64,000 nt of DNA. It comes from an uncultured Ignavibacteria bacterium. Its GTDB lineage: Bacteria > Bacteroidota > Ignavibacteria > Ch128b. Location: assembly GCA_937944105.1 (NCBI GenBank), contig CALDZP010000033.1, positions 2,034 through 66,033 of the forward strand. Reading direction: 5' to 3'. Made by a program: the position numbers and the translations under genes. The notes beneath the pieces were generated by a model. That model did not search any database, was not told the origin of the DNA, and worked only from the letters and a program-made list of their open reading frames with translations. Of this stretch, positions 42,853-52,665 are shown piece after piece; the stretch's first letter is position 1, and every line of letters starts with the position of its first letter.

Positions 42853-43635
42853 ATGAAAAAAATTTCAATTTTTATTGTTTTTTTTATGTTCTTTAGTTCA
42901 ATGGTCTTAAAAGCTGACAGAAGGTATTTTGCCCGTTCTTATACCTCGTATACATTACCAGCTAAAGCTCTCGAGCTGGAGATATGGAATACTGGAAAAT
43001 TTGGTAAAGATGCTGGCTATTATTATCGCTGGCAACCAAGAATTGAATTCGAATACGGCGTAACTGATCGTTTCACAACATCAATCTATTTCAATTTTGA
43101 TGAAGTTCGTTCTAAAGGTAATTCTTATCAAACAAAATCACTTTCATTTACAGCAACATCTTTAGAACTTAGATATAGACTATTTGAAATTGGCGAATTT
43201 TTCATTGATCCTACTCTTTATAGTGAAATTTATTTTGGTGGTGATAAAATTAAATATGAACCCAAAATATTTTTAACAAAAAGAATTCAAAATCTAATTG
43301 GTGTAATTAATATAAATTCTGAAATTGAAAAATATGTGCCAGATAATAAAATTGTTTCGAAATTTGAATTAACAGGTGGACTTGCTTATGAGATTAACAC
43401 AAATTTTGCAGTTGGTGTGGAATTAAGGAACCATATAAATTATGCAGACATTTATGATTTGAAAAAGAATCAGGCGTTTTTTGTAGGACCAACTATAAAT
43501 ATCCAGACAGAAAAATTTTATTTTACGATTAATTTTCTTACACAAGTAAATGGTACACCGCAAGGTAATAAAAATTTAGATTTAGTTGATCACGAAATGT
43601 ATGAATTAAGAACAATTCTTGGCATTGAATTATGA
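42853..43635 (+). CDS. Secreted putative outer-membrane beta-barrel protein (DUF6662-like)
   Basis: Signal peptide, alternating amphipathic beta strands, EFEYGVTDRFT, and a C-terminal strand ELRTILGIEL. Confidence 0.7.
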   Translation: MKKISIFIVFFMFFSSMVLKADRRYFARSYTSYTLPAKALELEIWNTGKFGKDAGYYYRWQPRIEFEYGVTDRFTTSIYFNFDEVRSKGNSYQTKSLSFTATSLELRYRLFEIGEFFIDPTLYSEIYFGGDKIKYEPKIFLTKRIQNLIGVININSEIEKYVPDNKIVSKFELTGGLAYEINTNFAVGVELRNHINYADIYDLKKNQAFFVGPTINIQTEKFYFTINFLTQVNGTPQGNKNLDLVDHEMYELRTILGIEL

Positions 43636-43889
43636 AATATTTTTCACTTTTAATTATCTTTTTTTTAATTGCTGGTTGTTCTAAGCATACAATTCAAACA
43701 TCCAATACAAAATTTCCTGCAGGGCAAAAACTCTATCTTTCAAAATGCGGTGGTTGTCATAGAACTTATGACAGGCTTGAATATTCACCTGAAGAGTGGG
43801 ATAGTATCCTTGTAACAATGAGATCAAAAGCAAAAATTACAGATGAACAGGAAAAGGAAATTTTGTTTTTCTTAAAAGAAAGAGATTAG
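43632..43889 (+). CDS. Small monoheme cytochrome c lipoprotein
   Basis: Lipobox IAGC, CxxCH (CGGCH), distal Met in W-x6-M; ATGA overlap with the upstream gene. Confidence 0.85.
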   Translation: MKYFSLLIIFFLIAGCSKHTIQTSNTKFPAGQKLYLSKCGGCHRTYDRLEYSPEEWDSILVTMRSKAKITDEQEKEILFFLKERD

Positions 43890-43896
43890 TTTTTGT

Positions 43897-43947
43897 GCTG
43901 TCTGATGAATGGGCGATCATTCTAATCAGGCAGCTCTAATTTTTTTA
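43897..43947 (+). terminator. Terminator hairpin closing the two-gene operon
   Basis: GCTGTCTGAT-GAATG...CATTC-TA-ATCAGGCAGC followed by a T tract. Confidence 0.7.
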
Positions 43948-44270
43948 ATAATTTGAATATGAAATGAAATTACGCAGTAATCTTTAAAATTTAGATTAAT
44001 TTGAATTAAAATTAAATTTGAAATTGGATATGCAAATTTTTGAAAATTTTTTAGAGTATGTTAGTTGATATTGGAGTTTATAAAGATTAACCTAATACGT
44101 TAATTAATTTTATATCAAGAGATTGATTTTTCTTCTAAATAATATTGAATGATTAAGAGAATTTTATAGAAATGACTGAAAAATTAATTTTCTGATGATT
44201 AAAAGTTGTTTTCAAGTTGAGTGTATTAATTCTTAAATTAATAAATAATAAAATAATGAATGGAGTTAAT

Positions 44271-44594
44271 ATGATTTTCCAAAAAAATTTTTTAATTATT
44301 CTGTTTCTTCTTTTTATGTTTGCTTTTAATTCGGTTGCTCAGGAAAAAGACAATAAAAATTACAAAATAGATGGAAAAAGTAAGTACAATACGGAAACGA
44401 AAATCGAAACAAAAAAAATCTGGAATGCATTTTGTCCTGTGATGGGAGAGCCAGTTGATCCAGAAGTTCAAACAGTAGAATACAATGGCAAAGTTATTGG
44501 GTTTTGTTGTAAAAGTTGTATTAAAAAATTTAATAAAGATCCTGAAAAGTATTTAAAAAATCTCAGCGAAGATGGACAAAAATTCATCAAATAA
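44271..44594 (+). CDS. Secreted YHS-domain protein
   Basis: Signal peptide, CPVMG...YNGKVIGFCCKSC...FNKDPEKY. Start placed at ATG 44271 after GGAG. Confidence 0.85.
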   Translation: MIFQKNFLIILFLLFMFAFNSVAQEKDNKNYKIDGKSKYNTETKIETKKIWNAFCPVMGEPVDPEVQTVEYNGKVIGFCCKSCIKKFNKDPEKYLKNLSEDGQKFIK

Positions 44595-44611
44595 TTGAAA
44601 GGCAAATTAAA

Positions 44612-44845
44612 ATGACGACAATTCTTTTTACTATCGATGGAATGACGTGTCATCATTGTGTAGTGGCAATTACCAACGCATTGAAATCTTTAGGAATAAA
44701 CAATTATAGTGTAGAAATTGGAAGTGCATCCGTCACTTTTGATGAGAATGAACTGGATATAGAAACAATAAAAGCTGCTATTGAAGAAGAAGGTTATAAA
44801 GTTGTAAGTATTGAACCAGAATTTGATGAACCGGACGAGTTTTGA
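44612..44845 (+). CDS. Heavy-metal-associated (CopZ-like) chaperone
   Basis: GMTCHHC motif and IEEEGY. Confidence 0.9.
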   Translation: MTTILFTIDGMTCHHCVVAITNALKSLGINNYSVEIGSASVTFDENELDIETIKAAIEEEGYKVVSIEPEFDEPDEF

Positions 44846-44869
44846 TTTTCGATTTATGGTAAAAATTTT

Positions 44870-45637
44870 ATGCGTATAGGCTTAGTTCAATATAACCCTG
44901 AGTGGGAAAATAAATCAGTCAATCAAGAAAAAATTCAAAATTTAATTAATTCAGTTTCTACAAAAATTGATCTGCTTATCTTTCCTGAGATGACTCTCAC
45001 AGGTTACACAATGAATACAAAATTAGGTGAACCATTTAATTTAAATGAGAGTCAAACATTGCAATTTTTCTCCCAGTTGAGTCTTCAGTGCGAAGTTATT
45101 TCTGTTGGTGGTTTTATTGAGAAAGAAAATGATAAAATTTTTAATACTTTATTTGTTGTGGATAAGAGTGGCAAAATTATTTCACGATATCGAAAAATAC
45201 ATCTATTCAGTTTTGCTGAGGAAGAAAAATATTATGAAAGTGGTAATGAACCTGTTGTAGTTGAGGTTGATAGTATTAAAATTGGTCTTTCAATTTGCTA
45301 TGACTTGAGATTTCCAGAGCTTTTTAGATTTTATGCAAAGGAGAAGGTTGAATTGATAATAAATATTGCCAATTGGCCAGAGTCACGAATTGATCATTAT
45401 GTTCATTTATTAAAAGCAAGAGCTATTGAAAATCAATGTTTTATGGTTGGTGTAAATCGGGTTGGGTATGTTAAAAAAGATTATTACAATGGTAGAAGCT
45501 CGATTTTTGATCCAATGGGAAATGAAATTGTTTCACTTGTTAATGAAGAAAAATTAATTGTTGCTGAAATTGATTTCCAAAAAGTAAGGGAAGTAAGAAA
45601 CAAATTTCCTTTCTTAAATGACATTAAGTTAATTTAA
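44870..45637 (+). CDS. Carbon-nitrogen hydrolase (nitrilase family, omega-amidase/Nit-like)
   Basis: E-K-C triad in FPE, YRKIHLF and ICYDLRFPE; ARAIENQ. Confidence 0.9.
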   Translation: MRIGLVQYNPEWENKSVNQEKIQNLINSVSTKIDLLIFPEMTLTGYTMNTKLGEPFNLNESQTLQFFSQLSLQCEVISVGGFIEKENDKIFNTLFVVDKSGKIISRYRKIHLFSFAEEEKYYESGNEPVVVEVDSIKIGLSICYDLRFPELFRFYAKEKVELIINIANWPESRIDHYVHLLKARAIENQCFMVGVNRVGYVKKDYYNGRSSIFDPMGNEIVSLVNEEKLIVAEIDFQKVREVRNKFPFLNDIKLI

Positions 45638-45670
45638 TTCTGGATAAATTTAATCTTAAGGTTTTAAAAC

Positions 45671-46333
45671 TTACTCTTCTTCAAATTTAATTCTGAATTG
45701 TTTTACATAAGGAAGCAAAAATCTTTGAAAAATTTTATAATCGATAATTCGATAATGAGGCTTATAATTTTTTTTATATGACTCAGAGTGACTAAAAACG
45801 AATTTATTAATCCGGAAAGCATTTTGAATTTTTGTTTTGTCCTCTCTAAAATTTTTAATCTTTAAATTATTAGCTTCTAATTTCTCAACGATTGCAGTCC
45901 AATCTTTTTTCCATTCAAAATAATCTGAAGAATCGTGTTTAATGGAACTTTCGAGAAATGCAGAAAAAAATAAGTTTAAAGGTAAAATCTGATCTTTTAT
46001 TAGACTCAGGTCTACACGAACAAATTTTTTTTCAGGAAGAAGTATTTCAATCAATCGAGTTTGATTTTTTTTATAATTCTGAATTTCCTCACTTTTCAAT
46101 TCATCTTTCAAAAAATTTAGAGTAAGGAGGGAATCACTAATTAAATGTTCTGGTCCAAATCGTCCTTGAAAAAAATATTTGTAAATATCTATAAGAGTTG
46201 ATTCTGGATATCTCTGTAATAGTTTTATTGTTTGTTCAAGATAAATATCGTAATCGATTTTACGAGATTCTATGTTCCCCTGTGCAAATGTGAAAACGAA
46301 TTGTGAAAATATGACAACAAAAACACGGATCAT
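45671..46333 (-). CDS. Conserved hypothetical protein
   Basis: 220-aa ORF with motif-like DIYKYFFQGRFGPEHL and HSESYKKNYKPHYRI; overlaps the upstream peptidase stop. Confidence 0.7.
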   Translation of the reverse strand: MIRVFVVIFSQFVFTFAQGNIESRKIDYDIYLEQTIKLLQRYPESTLIDIYKYFFQGRFGPEHLISDSLLTLNFLKDELKSEEIQNYKKNQTRLIEILLPEKKFVRVDLSLIKDQILPLNLFFSAFLESSIKHDSSDYFEWKKDWTAIVEKLEANNLKIKNFREDKTKIQNAFRINKFVFSHSESYKKNYKPHYRIIDYKIFQRFLLPYVKQFRIKFEEE

Positions 46334-48297
46334 TTAATTAAAACTAATTTTTTAGTTGCTTTATAAGATTTAGTGCTCAATGTATAAAAATAAACACCAC
46401 TTGATAAGTCATGAGCATCAAGTGAAATTGAATGTGCACCAGGAGAAAACTCCTTGCTTGCAAGTGTTTTTATTTCGTTACCTGTAATTGAAAATAATTT
46501 GATTATAACAAATTCTTTTTGTGGTATCGAGAATTGTATTGTTGTCTGATTATTAAAAGGATTCGGATAGTTCTGGAATAACTCATACTTAAGATTCAAA
46601 TTTTGGTCAAAAACTGCAAGGGAAATATCTCTCGTGGCTTGTTTAATAATATAGTTTTGGGGATCAAATATTAGATTTACTACTGAATCTTTGAAAGCGA
46701 AAGTGAATGATTGTTCCCTTTGTGTGTTCCAGATTTTAACTGTTGTATCTGAATTGGCGAATTGTATTTTGAGTTCAATGGGCATTTTATAAACTGAATA
46801 GTGATTTTGAGTTTGTTTTATGAAAAATGTTAGGTTATAATTTTGGTTCGAGCTGTTGACTTTCCAGTTGTAAACATAAACAGGATGATTGGGTTGATAT
46901 ATCCATTGATCGAAAAAATAAGAAAAATCTTCTCCAGTAGTTTGATTGATAACATTTTTAAAGTCATTTGTTGTTGCAGTCGAGTAAAGAAATTGATTTC
47001 TATAATTAATTAGCGATTGAAAAAATAGTGAATCACCCAATACATATCTTAACATATTTAATACTAGAGCACCTTTGTAATAAGAAATAGCAGCATTAAA
47101 AAGTTGTGGTGGATTATAAATTGGATAACCTGGATTATAATTGTAATAATAATTTGCTCTTGAATTCATGCTACTGAAATAAGCCGATTTACCCTGGGTG
47201 TATTCTTTATAAAGATCTTCGGAAAAAGTTGCAAAGCCTTCATTAAGCCAGATGTCTTTCCAGGTTTCACATGTAACAAGATCACCCCACCATTGATGAG
47301 CTAATTCATGTGCTAATCCACTTTGGCTATCATTTACCAGCCAGCTTCTGTGAATTGTTGAAATGGATTGATGTTCCATTCCACCAAAACTAAAAGGATA
47401 AACAACCCCATGTCCATATTTATCAAATGGATATTTCCCATAATATGTTTCAAAGCATTCCATCATTAAACCGATATTTCTCATTACATAAACACTTCGG
47501 ACAGAATCAGCTGACCATTGATAATTTTGTATTTCAAATGTCTCGTAAGGTGGATATTTGCTTGTGTAAGTTTGAACAAATTTTGAATACTTTGACGCAC
47601 AGGTAGCAATTAAATATGTAGTGATGGGATGTCTTTCAAACCAGACAAAAATTGTTGAATCACCGATAGTTTGAATTGATTCTAAAATTCCATTGCCTGT
47701 TGCCGTATAACCAGCTGGAACAATTATTCTCAATCGAATTGAATCAGCTTTGTTGGATGGATCATCATAGCACGGAAACCAATATCTGGCATCTGATGGT
47801 TCAGTCATTGTATAGGCAATGTTTTCAAGAGTTTGTTGTGATTTAGCATAAAAGTAAAATCCAAGATTATCGGTGCGTGTTCTTCTGAAATAAATCTCTA
47901 AATCAATTACTTCGTTTTGGTTATATGTTCTATCCAGGCTGATTGTAAGAACACCATTTGAATTATTGAAATTAAGTGGTGAATTATTTTTTATTACACT
48001 ATCAATTGTTAAATAAGAATTGAGGTAAATTTGGTTGGTACTAATTAGTGTATCTACACGAGCAACAATCCTTACCTTTCCAGAATAAGTCTTATTAGAA
48101 TTTTTTAGTACATTATACCAATTAACATTAATGTCATAATAAAGAATGTCGAAATCGTGCTGGATAGTTTGATTTTGTTCAATCTTACGAAGTCCTATAT
48201 CCTTCTTGCATTCAAAAAAGAGTTCTGTATCAACTGATTGACTGTAAATGGTATTATAAACAATATTGATTAACAAGATTAAAAAAGTTTTTCTCAT
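46330..48297 (-). CDS. M1 family aminopeptidase with T9SS C-terminal sorting domain
   Basis: GGMEH, HELAH-x18-E (WLNEGFA), YYKGA; CTD QNYPNPFN...LSSGVYFY...KKLVLIK. Confidence 0.92.
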   Translation of the reverse strand: MRKTFLILLINIVYNTIYSQSVDTELFFECKKDIGLRKIEQNQTIQHDFDILYYDINVNWYNVLKNSNKTYSGKVRIVARVDTLISTNQIYLNSYLTIDSVIKNNSPLNFNNSNGVLTISLDRTYNQNEVIDLEIYFRRTRTDNLGFYFYAKSQQTLENIAYTMTEPSDARYWFPCYDDPSNKADSIRLRIIVPAGYTATGNGILESIQTIGDSTIFVWFERHPITTYLIATCASKYSKFVQTYTSKYPPYETFEIQNYQWSADSVRSVYVMRNIGLMMECFETYYGKYPFDKYGHGVVYPFSFGGMEHQSISTIHRSWLVNDSQSGLAHELAHQWWGDLVTCETWKDIWLNEGFATFSEDLYKEYTQGKSAYFSSMNSRANYYYNYNPGYPIYNPPQLFNAAISYYKGALVLNMLRYVLGDSLFFQSLINYRNQFLYSTATTNDFKNVINQTTGEDFSYFFDQWIYQPNHPVYVYNWKVNSSNQNYNLTFFIKQTQNHYSVYKMPIELKIQFANSDTTVKIWNTQREQSFTFAFKDSVVNLIFDPQNYIIKQATRDISLAVFDQNLNLKYELFQNYPNPFNNQTTIQFSIPQKEFVIIKLFSITGNEIKTLASKEFSPGAHSISLDAHDLSSGVYFYTLSTKSYKATKKLVLIK

Positions 48298-48563
48298 TTT
48301 ATCACCGATTAGATTTATTTGTATCTGTTATTATTTTTCAAATATAACAATAGAAAATAAAGAAGTGGAGTATGCATATTTAAAAGAATTTAATGATTTG
48401 GTTTAATTTTTTTTATGAAATGCCTCTAGATTATTTTTGACATTTATAATGATCAATGAAAATTGAAATTGATTTGATAAAATTTGTGTGGGATGAATAA
48501 ATAATTTTATAGTAACTAAAATTATTTTAATGAAGGTGAAATTATTTATTTGAAAATGCTTTT

Positions 48564-50783
48564 TTATTTATCAAGAGGGATAGTAAATGTTACGGTTGTA
48601 CCTTTTCCTTTTTGACTTACGATTGAAATGTTCCCTTTATTCACTTCAATGTATTTTTTTGTGAGAATTAGACCCAGACCTGAACCTTCGGTTTTTCTTA
48701 TAAATTCGGAGTCTTCTCTTGCAAATTGAGTGAATAATTTTTTCTGGAATTCTTCTGACATTCCGATGCCTTCGTCTTTAATTGTACACCAAGCAAAATC
48801 TTCATCTTTATCGAGACTAATGGTTATTTTTCCTTTTTCACTATACTTGATTGCATTATTAATAATATTTGTCAGTATTCCATTTAGAGAATATTGATCG
48901 GCTTTTACAATTATATCTTCTTCTGGTAATATATATTCAATTTTCAGATTTTTCTTTTTGGCAATCATTTTGAGTAATTCAACGACAGTTTTTATTTCTT
49001 TATTAAAATTAACTGATTTAATCTGAAATTTGAATGTCCCTGATTCCAATCTCGAAAAATCAATTAATTGTGAAATTGTATGAAGTAAATTTTGAGCTGA
49101 ATTTTGAAGTATTTCAAAATAATTTCTTACTTCAGGGTCTGATTTATCATAAAAATAGTCTTTAATAACTTCACTAAAACCAAGTATGGCATTAATTGGA
49201 GTTCGAATTTCATGCGACATTGAAGCGAAGAAAATTGTTTTTTGTCTATTAGCCTGTTCAGCAGCCTCTTTTGCCTTTGCAAGTTCGAAAAGAATTTTCT
49301 TTTGTTCAGTTATGTTTCTTGCAACGCATAAAATTAGTTTTTTATTTTCAATAACAATTGGGTGCGTTGAGACTTCTATGTAAAGCTTTTCTCGATTTCG
49401 ATTAAAAATTACAATTTCATCTGGACCTGTGGGGCGGGTTTTTAGTGCTTTATAAAAAACCTTTGCAGCTTTGAAAAAATTTTTTCTATCAAATAAATCC
49501 ATCTCGAAAAAAGTCTTGCCCATAACTTCTTCTTTAGTCCATCCAACTAATCGTTCGCTTGCTTTATTGGCTTCGACTATTTTGCCTTCATAATCGCAAA
49601 CAAAAATTGGATCAGGTGCTTCTTCAAAGAGGATTTTTAATCTTTCTGCATCATATTTTATTTTGTTAAAAAGCTCTTTTTCTTTGGTGATATCAGTAGC
49701 AACACCAATTAGAGCAATGATTTTCTGGTTCTCATCGAGAACAGGTGAAGTAGATAAACGAATTAAAAAATCCTCACCATTTTTTCTTCTATTCCATATC
49801 TCACCCTGCCAACCTCCTTTGATTGTTGCTGGGTTAATTTGTTTAGTAAGTTCCGGATCATTTTTGTCTGATCTCACAAATAAAATAGATTTTCCAATTA
49901 ATTCATTTTTTTCATACCCGTAAACTTCACAAAATTTTTTATTTACATATAACAAAATATCATCTAAATCGGTAATAGATACACATTCATTCACACTTTC
50001 AAGGGCATTTGCAAGTAACTCAATCTCTCTTTCAATTTCTTTTTTCTCAGTAATATCTCTGACTACCGCAAGTAGATAGTAATTTTCTCCCATTTTAAAT
50101 CTATTCAGTCTTACTTCAGCAAAGAAAGATATCCCATCAAGTCTGGTATGAACCCATTCAAATGCCAGACTCTCTCCATTAAGAGCTCTCTCGATTAATT
50201 CCAGTACTTTTTCTCTTGAGGTTCTTCCATCTGGTTGAAATTCGGGAGAAAATTTGTAAGGTGGCTGTCCAATTATTTCTTCTTTACTGCATCTAAATAA
50301 TTTTAATGTTGCAGGGTTACAATCTATAAATATATCTTTATCCATTAAAAATATTGCATCTGAGGCAGATTCAAATAATGTTTTATATTTTTCTTCAGAA
50401 GCTATAAATTTTTCAATTGTTGAGTTAGAATTTGTAATATCCAATGCAAGACCAAAAACGCCTACAATTTCATTGTTCGAATTAAAAATCGGGTGCAAAT
50501 AAGAATGATAAACTCTATCTTTCCATTTGAAATGATAGTCTGTACATATTCCCTGTAAAGTTAGAATATGTTTTGCTACAGGTTCATAGGATTTATCATT
50601 AGTTTGAAAAAAGTCAAATAGGGATGAGCCAACAATTTGATTTTTTGTTAATCCTAAATTTTTTAATCCTCCACCAAAAGATGAAGTAAAAATTAATTCT
50701 TTATCAACCGTCCAGAAAATAACTGGAATTTGCTCAAAGAGAGCTTCATAAAAATTTATATCATATGGTATTTTAATATCCAA
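48564..50783 (-). CDS. Cytoplasmic multi-PAS sensor histidine kinase
   Basis: Four PAS/PAC repeats, H-box MSHEIRTP, N-box NAIKY, DEGIG, GSGLGL; no TM segment and no receiver domain. Confidence 0.92.
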   Translation of the reverse strand: MDIKIPYDINFYEALFEQIPVIFWTVDKELIFTSSFGGGLKNLGLTKNQIVGSSLFDFFQTNDKSYEPVAKHILTLQGICTDYHFKWKDRVYHSYLHPIFNSNNEIVGVFGLALDITNSNSTIEKFIASEEKYKTLFESASDAIFLMDKDIFIDCNPATLKLFRCSKEEIIGQPPYKFSPEFQPDGRTSREKVLELIERALNGESLAFEWVHTRLDGISFFAEVRLNRFKMGENYYLLAVVRDITEKKEIEREIELLANALESVNECVSITDLDDILLYVNKKFCEVYGYEKNELIGKSILFVRSDKNDPELTKQINPATIKGGWQGEIWNRRKNGEDFLIRLSTSPVLDENQKIIALIGVATDITKEKELFNKIKYDAERLKILFEEAPDPIFVCDYEGKIVEANKASERLVGWTKEEVMGKTFFEMDLFDRKNFFKAAKVFYKALKTRPTGPDEIVIFNRNREKLYIEVSTHPIVIENKKLILCVARNITEQKKILFELAKAKEAAEQANRQKTIFFASMSHEIRTPINAILGFSEVIKDYFYDKSDPEVRNYFEILQNSAQNLLHTISQLIDFSRLESGTFKFQIKSVNFNKEIKTVVELLKMIAKKKNLKIEYILPEEDIIVKADQYSLNGILTNIINNAIKYSEKGKITISLDKDEDFAWCTIKDEGIGMSEEFQKKLFTQFAREDSEFIRKTEGSGLGLILTKKYIEVNKGNISIVSQKGKGTTVTFTIPLDK

Positions 50784-50931
50784 TTTAATTCCTTGTTTTC
50801 TAAAATAAATTTGATATATATCGGACTAAATGTCAAGTAGAAGAACAAATTTTCTGATAAACTATTAGAGGGGAAATAATTGAAAATAAAAGTTTAATTT
50901 TGATTAAATAAAAAAAATGATTGAGGTCAAA

Positions 50932-52392
50932 ATGAAAAAATGGGAATGGAAAATCGAAAACGAAGATTATCTAAAAAAAACCATCAAACGGTGTAAAGAA
51001 AAAAACATTATACTTCCAAAATTCTCTGAATTAAAAGAACCAGAAACAATCCCTGAAGAAATAAAAGTAAATTTAAAAACAATTAATATTGATGAAATTC
51101 ATCCATTAAATTTATTTCGAATCAACTGGCAAAATGATCCTGAAACTGGTGGAATTGGAGAAGTGAATTATCTTGAAATCCCACAAGAAATAACAGGTGT
51201 TAAAGCGAGAATAGTTGGTCTTGTAGGAAAGTTTTTCCCGACAGGTGCTCATAAAGTTGGGGCTACTTATGGAGTTTTGATTCCATATCTCGTTACAGGT
51301 AAATTTAATCCTGAATATCACAAAGCTGTATGGCCCTCTACTGGGAATTATTGTCGAGGTGGTGCTTTCAATTCCGCATTACTTTCAGTTCATGCAGTTG
51401 CTATTCTGCCAGAAGGAATGAGTAAAGAGAGATTTGAATGGTTAAAAAAAATTGGTGCGGAGATTTACGCAACTCCAGGTTGCGAAAGTAATGTAAAAGA
51501 AATATATGATAAATGTCATGAACTTAAGAGAACAAGCGATGAGTATTTTATATTTAATCAATTTGAACAATTCGGTAATTCTTGCTTTCATTATTATGTA
51601 ACTGGTTCGGCAATTGAAAAAGTTTTCAACGAAATAAAAGATCAAAATTCAAGATTCAGTGGATTTGTTAGCGCAACTGGTTCCGCTGGAACTATCGGTG
51701 CAGGTGATTATCTGAAAAATAAGTTCAACCAAATGAAAATTGTTGCTTCCGAAGCTTTGCAGTGCCCAACTCTTTTGATGAATGGTTTTGGTGGACATAG
51801 AATTGAAGGGATAGGAGATAAGCATGTTCCCTGGATTCATAATGTCAAAAATACTGATGTTGTAACTGCAATTAATGATGAACATCCTCTTAGAATTTTA
51901 AGGCTTTTTAACGAAGAAGCAGGTCTAAAATTTTTAGCGTCTCTTGGTATAGGTGATGAAACTCTTAATAAACTTTCCTGGCTTGGAATTTCATCAATTA
52001 GTAACATTTTAAGTTCTATAAAATTAGCGAAATGGTTTGAGATGAATGAAAATGATTTCATCTTTACTGTTTTTACTGATTCTGTGGAAATGTACAGGTC
52101 GAGGTTGAATGAGATGAATCAATCGTGGGGTAAATATTCTGAAAAAGAAGCTGAGTTAAATTGGAATGTTTGCTTAAAAAATCAAACAACAGATTTTATG
52201 AAAGAACTTAATTATTATGATAAAAAGACAATACACAATTTGAAATATTTTACCTGGATTGAACAACAGGGTAAATCAGTCGATGAACTAAATGAACAAT
52301 GGTATGATGAAAATTATTGGAATCAAAGATATGAAACCGTTGAATTATGGGATAAATTAATTGATGAATTTAATAAGGAAGTTAGAGTTTAA
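50932..52392 (+). CDS. PLP-dependent fold type II enzyme (cysteine synthase / TrpB-like superfamily), function unassigned
   Basis: PTGAHKVGA (PLP Lys), STGNY, GSAGT phosphate loop, HRIEGIG. An alternative start exists at 50917. Confidence 0.8.
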   Translation: MKKWEWKIENEDYLKKTIKRCKEKNIILPKFSELKEPETIPEEIKVNLKTINIDEIHPLNLFRINWQNDPETGGIGEVNYLEIPQEITGVKARIVGLVGKFFPTGAHKVGATYGVLIPYLVTGKFNPEYHKAVWPSTGNYCRGGAFNSALLSVHAVAILPEGMSKERFEWLKKIGAEIYATPGCESNVKEIYDKCHELKRTSDEYFIFNQFEQFGNSCFHYYVTGSAIEKVFNEIKDQNSRFSGFVSATGSAGTIGAGDYLKNKFNQMKIVASEALQCPTLLMNGFGGHRIEGIGDKHVPWIHNVKNTDVVTAINDEHPLRILRLFNEEAGLKFLASLGIGDETLNKLSWLGISSISNILSSIKLAKWFEMNENDFIFTVFTDSVEMYRSRLNEMNQSWGKYSEKEAELNWNVCLKNQTTDFMKELNYYDKKTIHNLKYFTWIEQQGKSVDELNEQWYDENYWNQRYETVELWDKLIDEFNKEVRV

Positions 52393-52665
52393 TATAGTTT
52401 TTAGAATTTCAGAATTTAACTTGTATGATTTAGTTTCTTTCTAATATTTGGTGGAAACTGAAAAATGTTATTTCTTAAAATCCAAATTAAGTTATATGGA
52501 TAGATTTTTTATTTAATCAAAAATGTATGTGATTTTTTGATGATAGGTTGTTTATCACAATGAATGCCTAAATTTTTAATAATTTTTTTTCTTGTTTATG
52601 TTTGACTGCTCATTTTACACAAAATTTAATTTTGACTTTTTCGTTTAAATTAAAAGGAGGTTGCT

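Noticed and set aside
50811-50824. FNR-like box TTGAT-ATAT-ATCGG in the kinase/PLP intergenic region
   Set aside because: Two mismatches in one arm in very AT-rich DNA; not distinguishable from chance.
52528-52559. TGATA-N7-TATCA inverted repeat upstream of the ssnA-like gene
   Set aside because: Arms are short, it occurs once, and I cannot assign a regulator.
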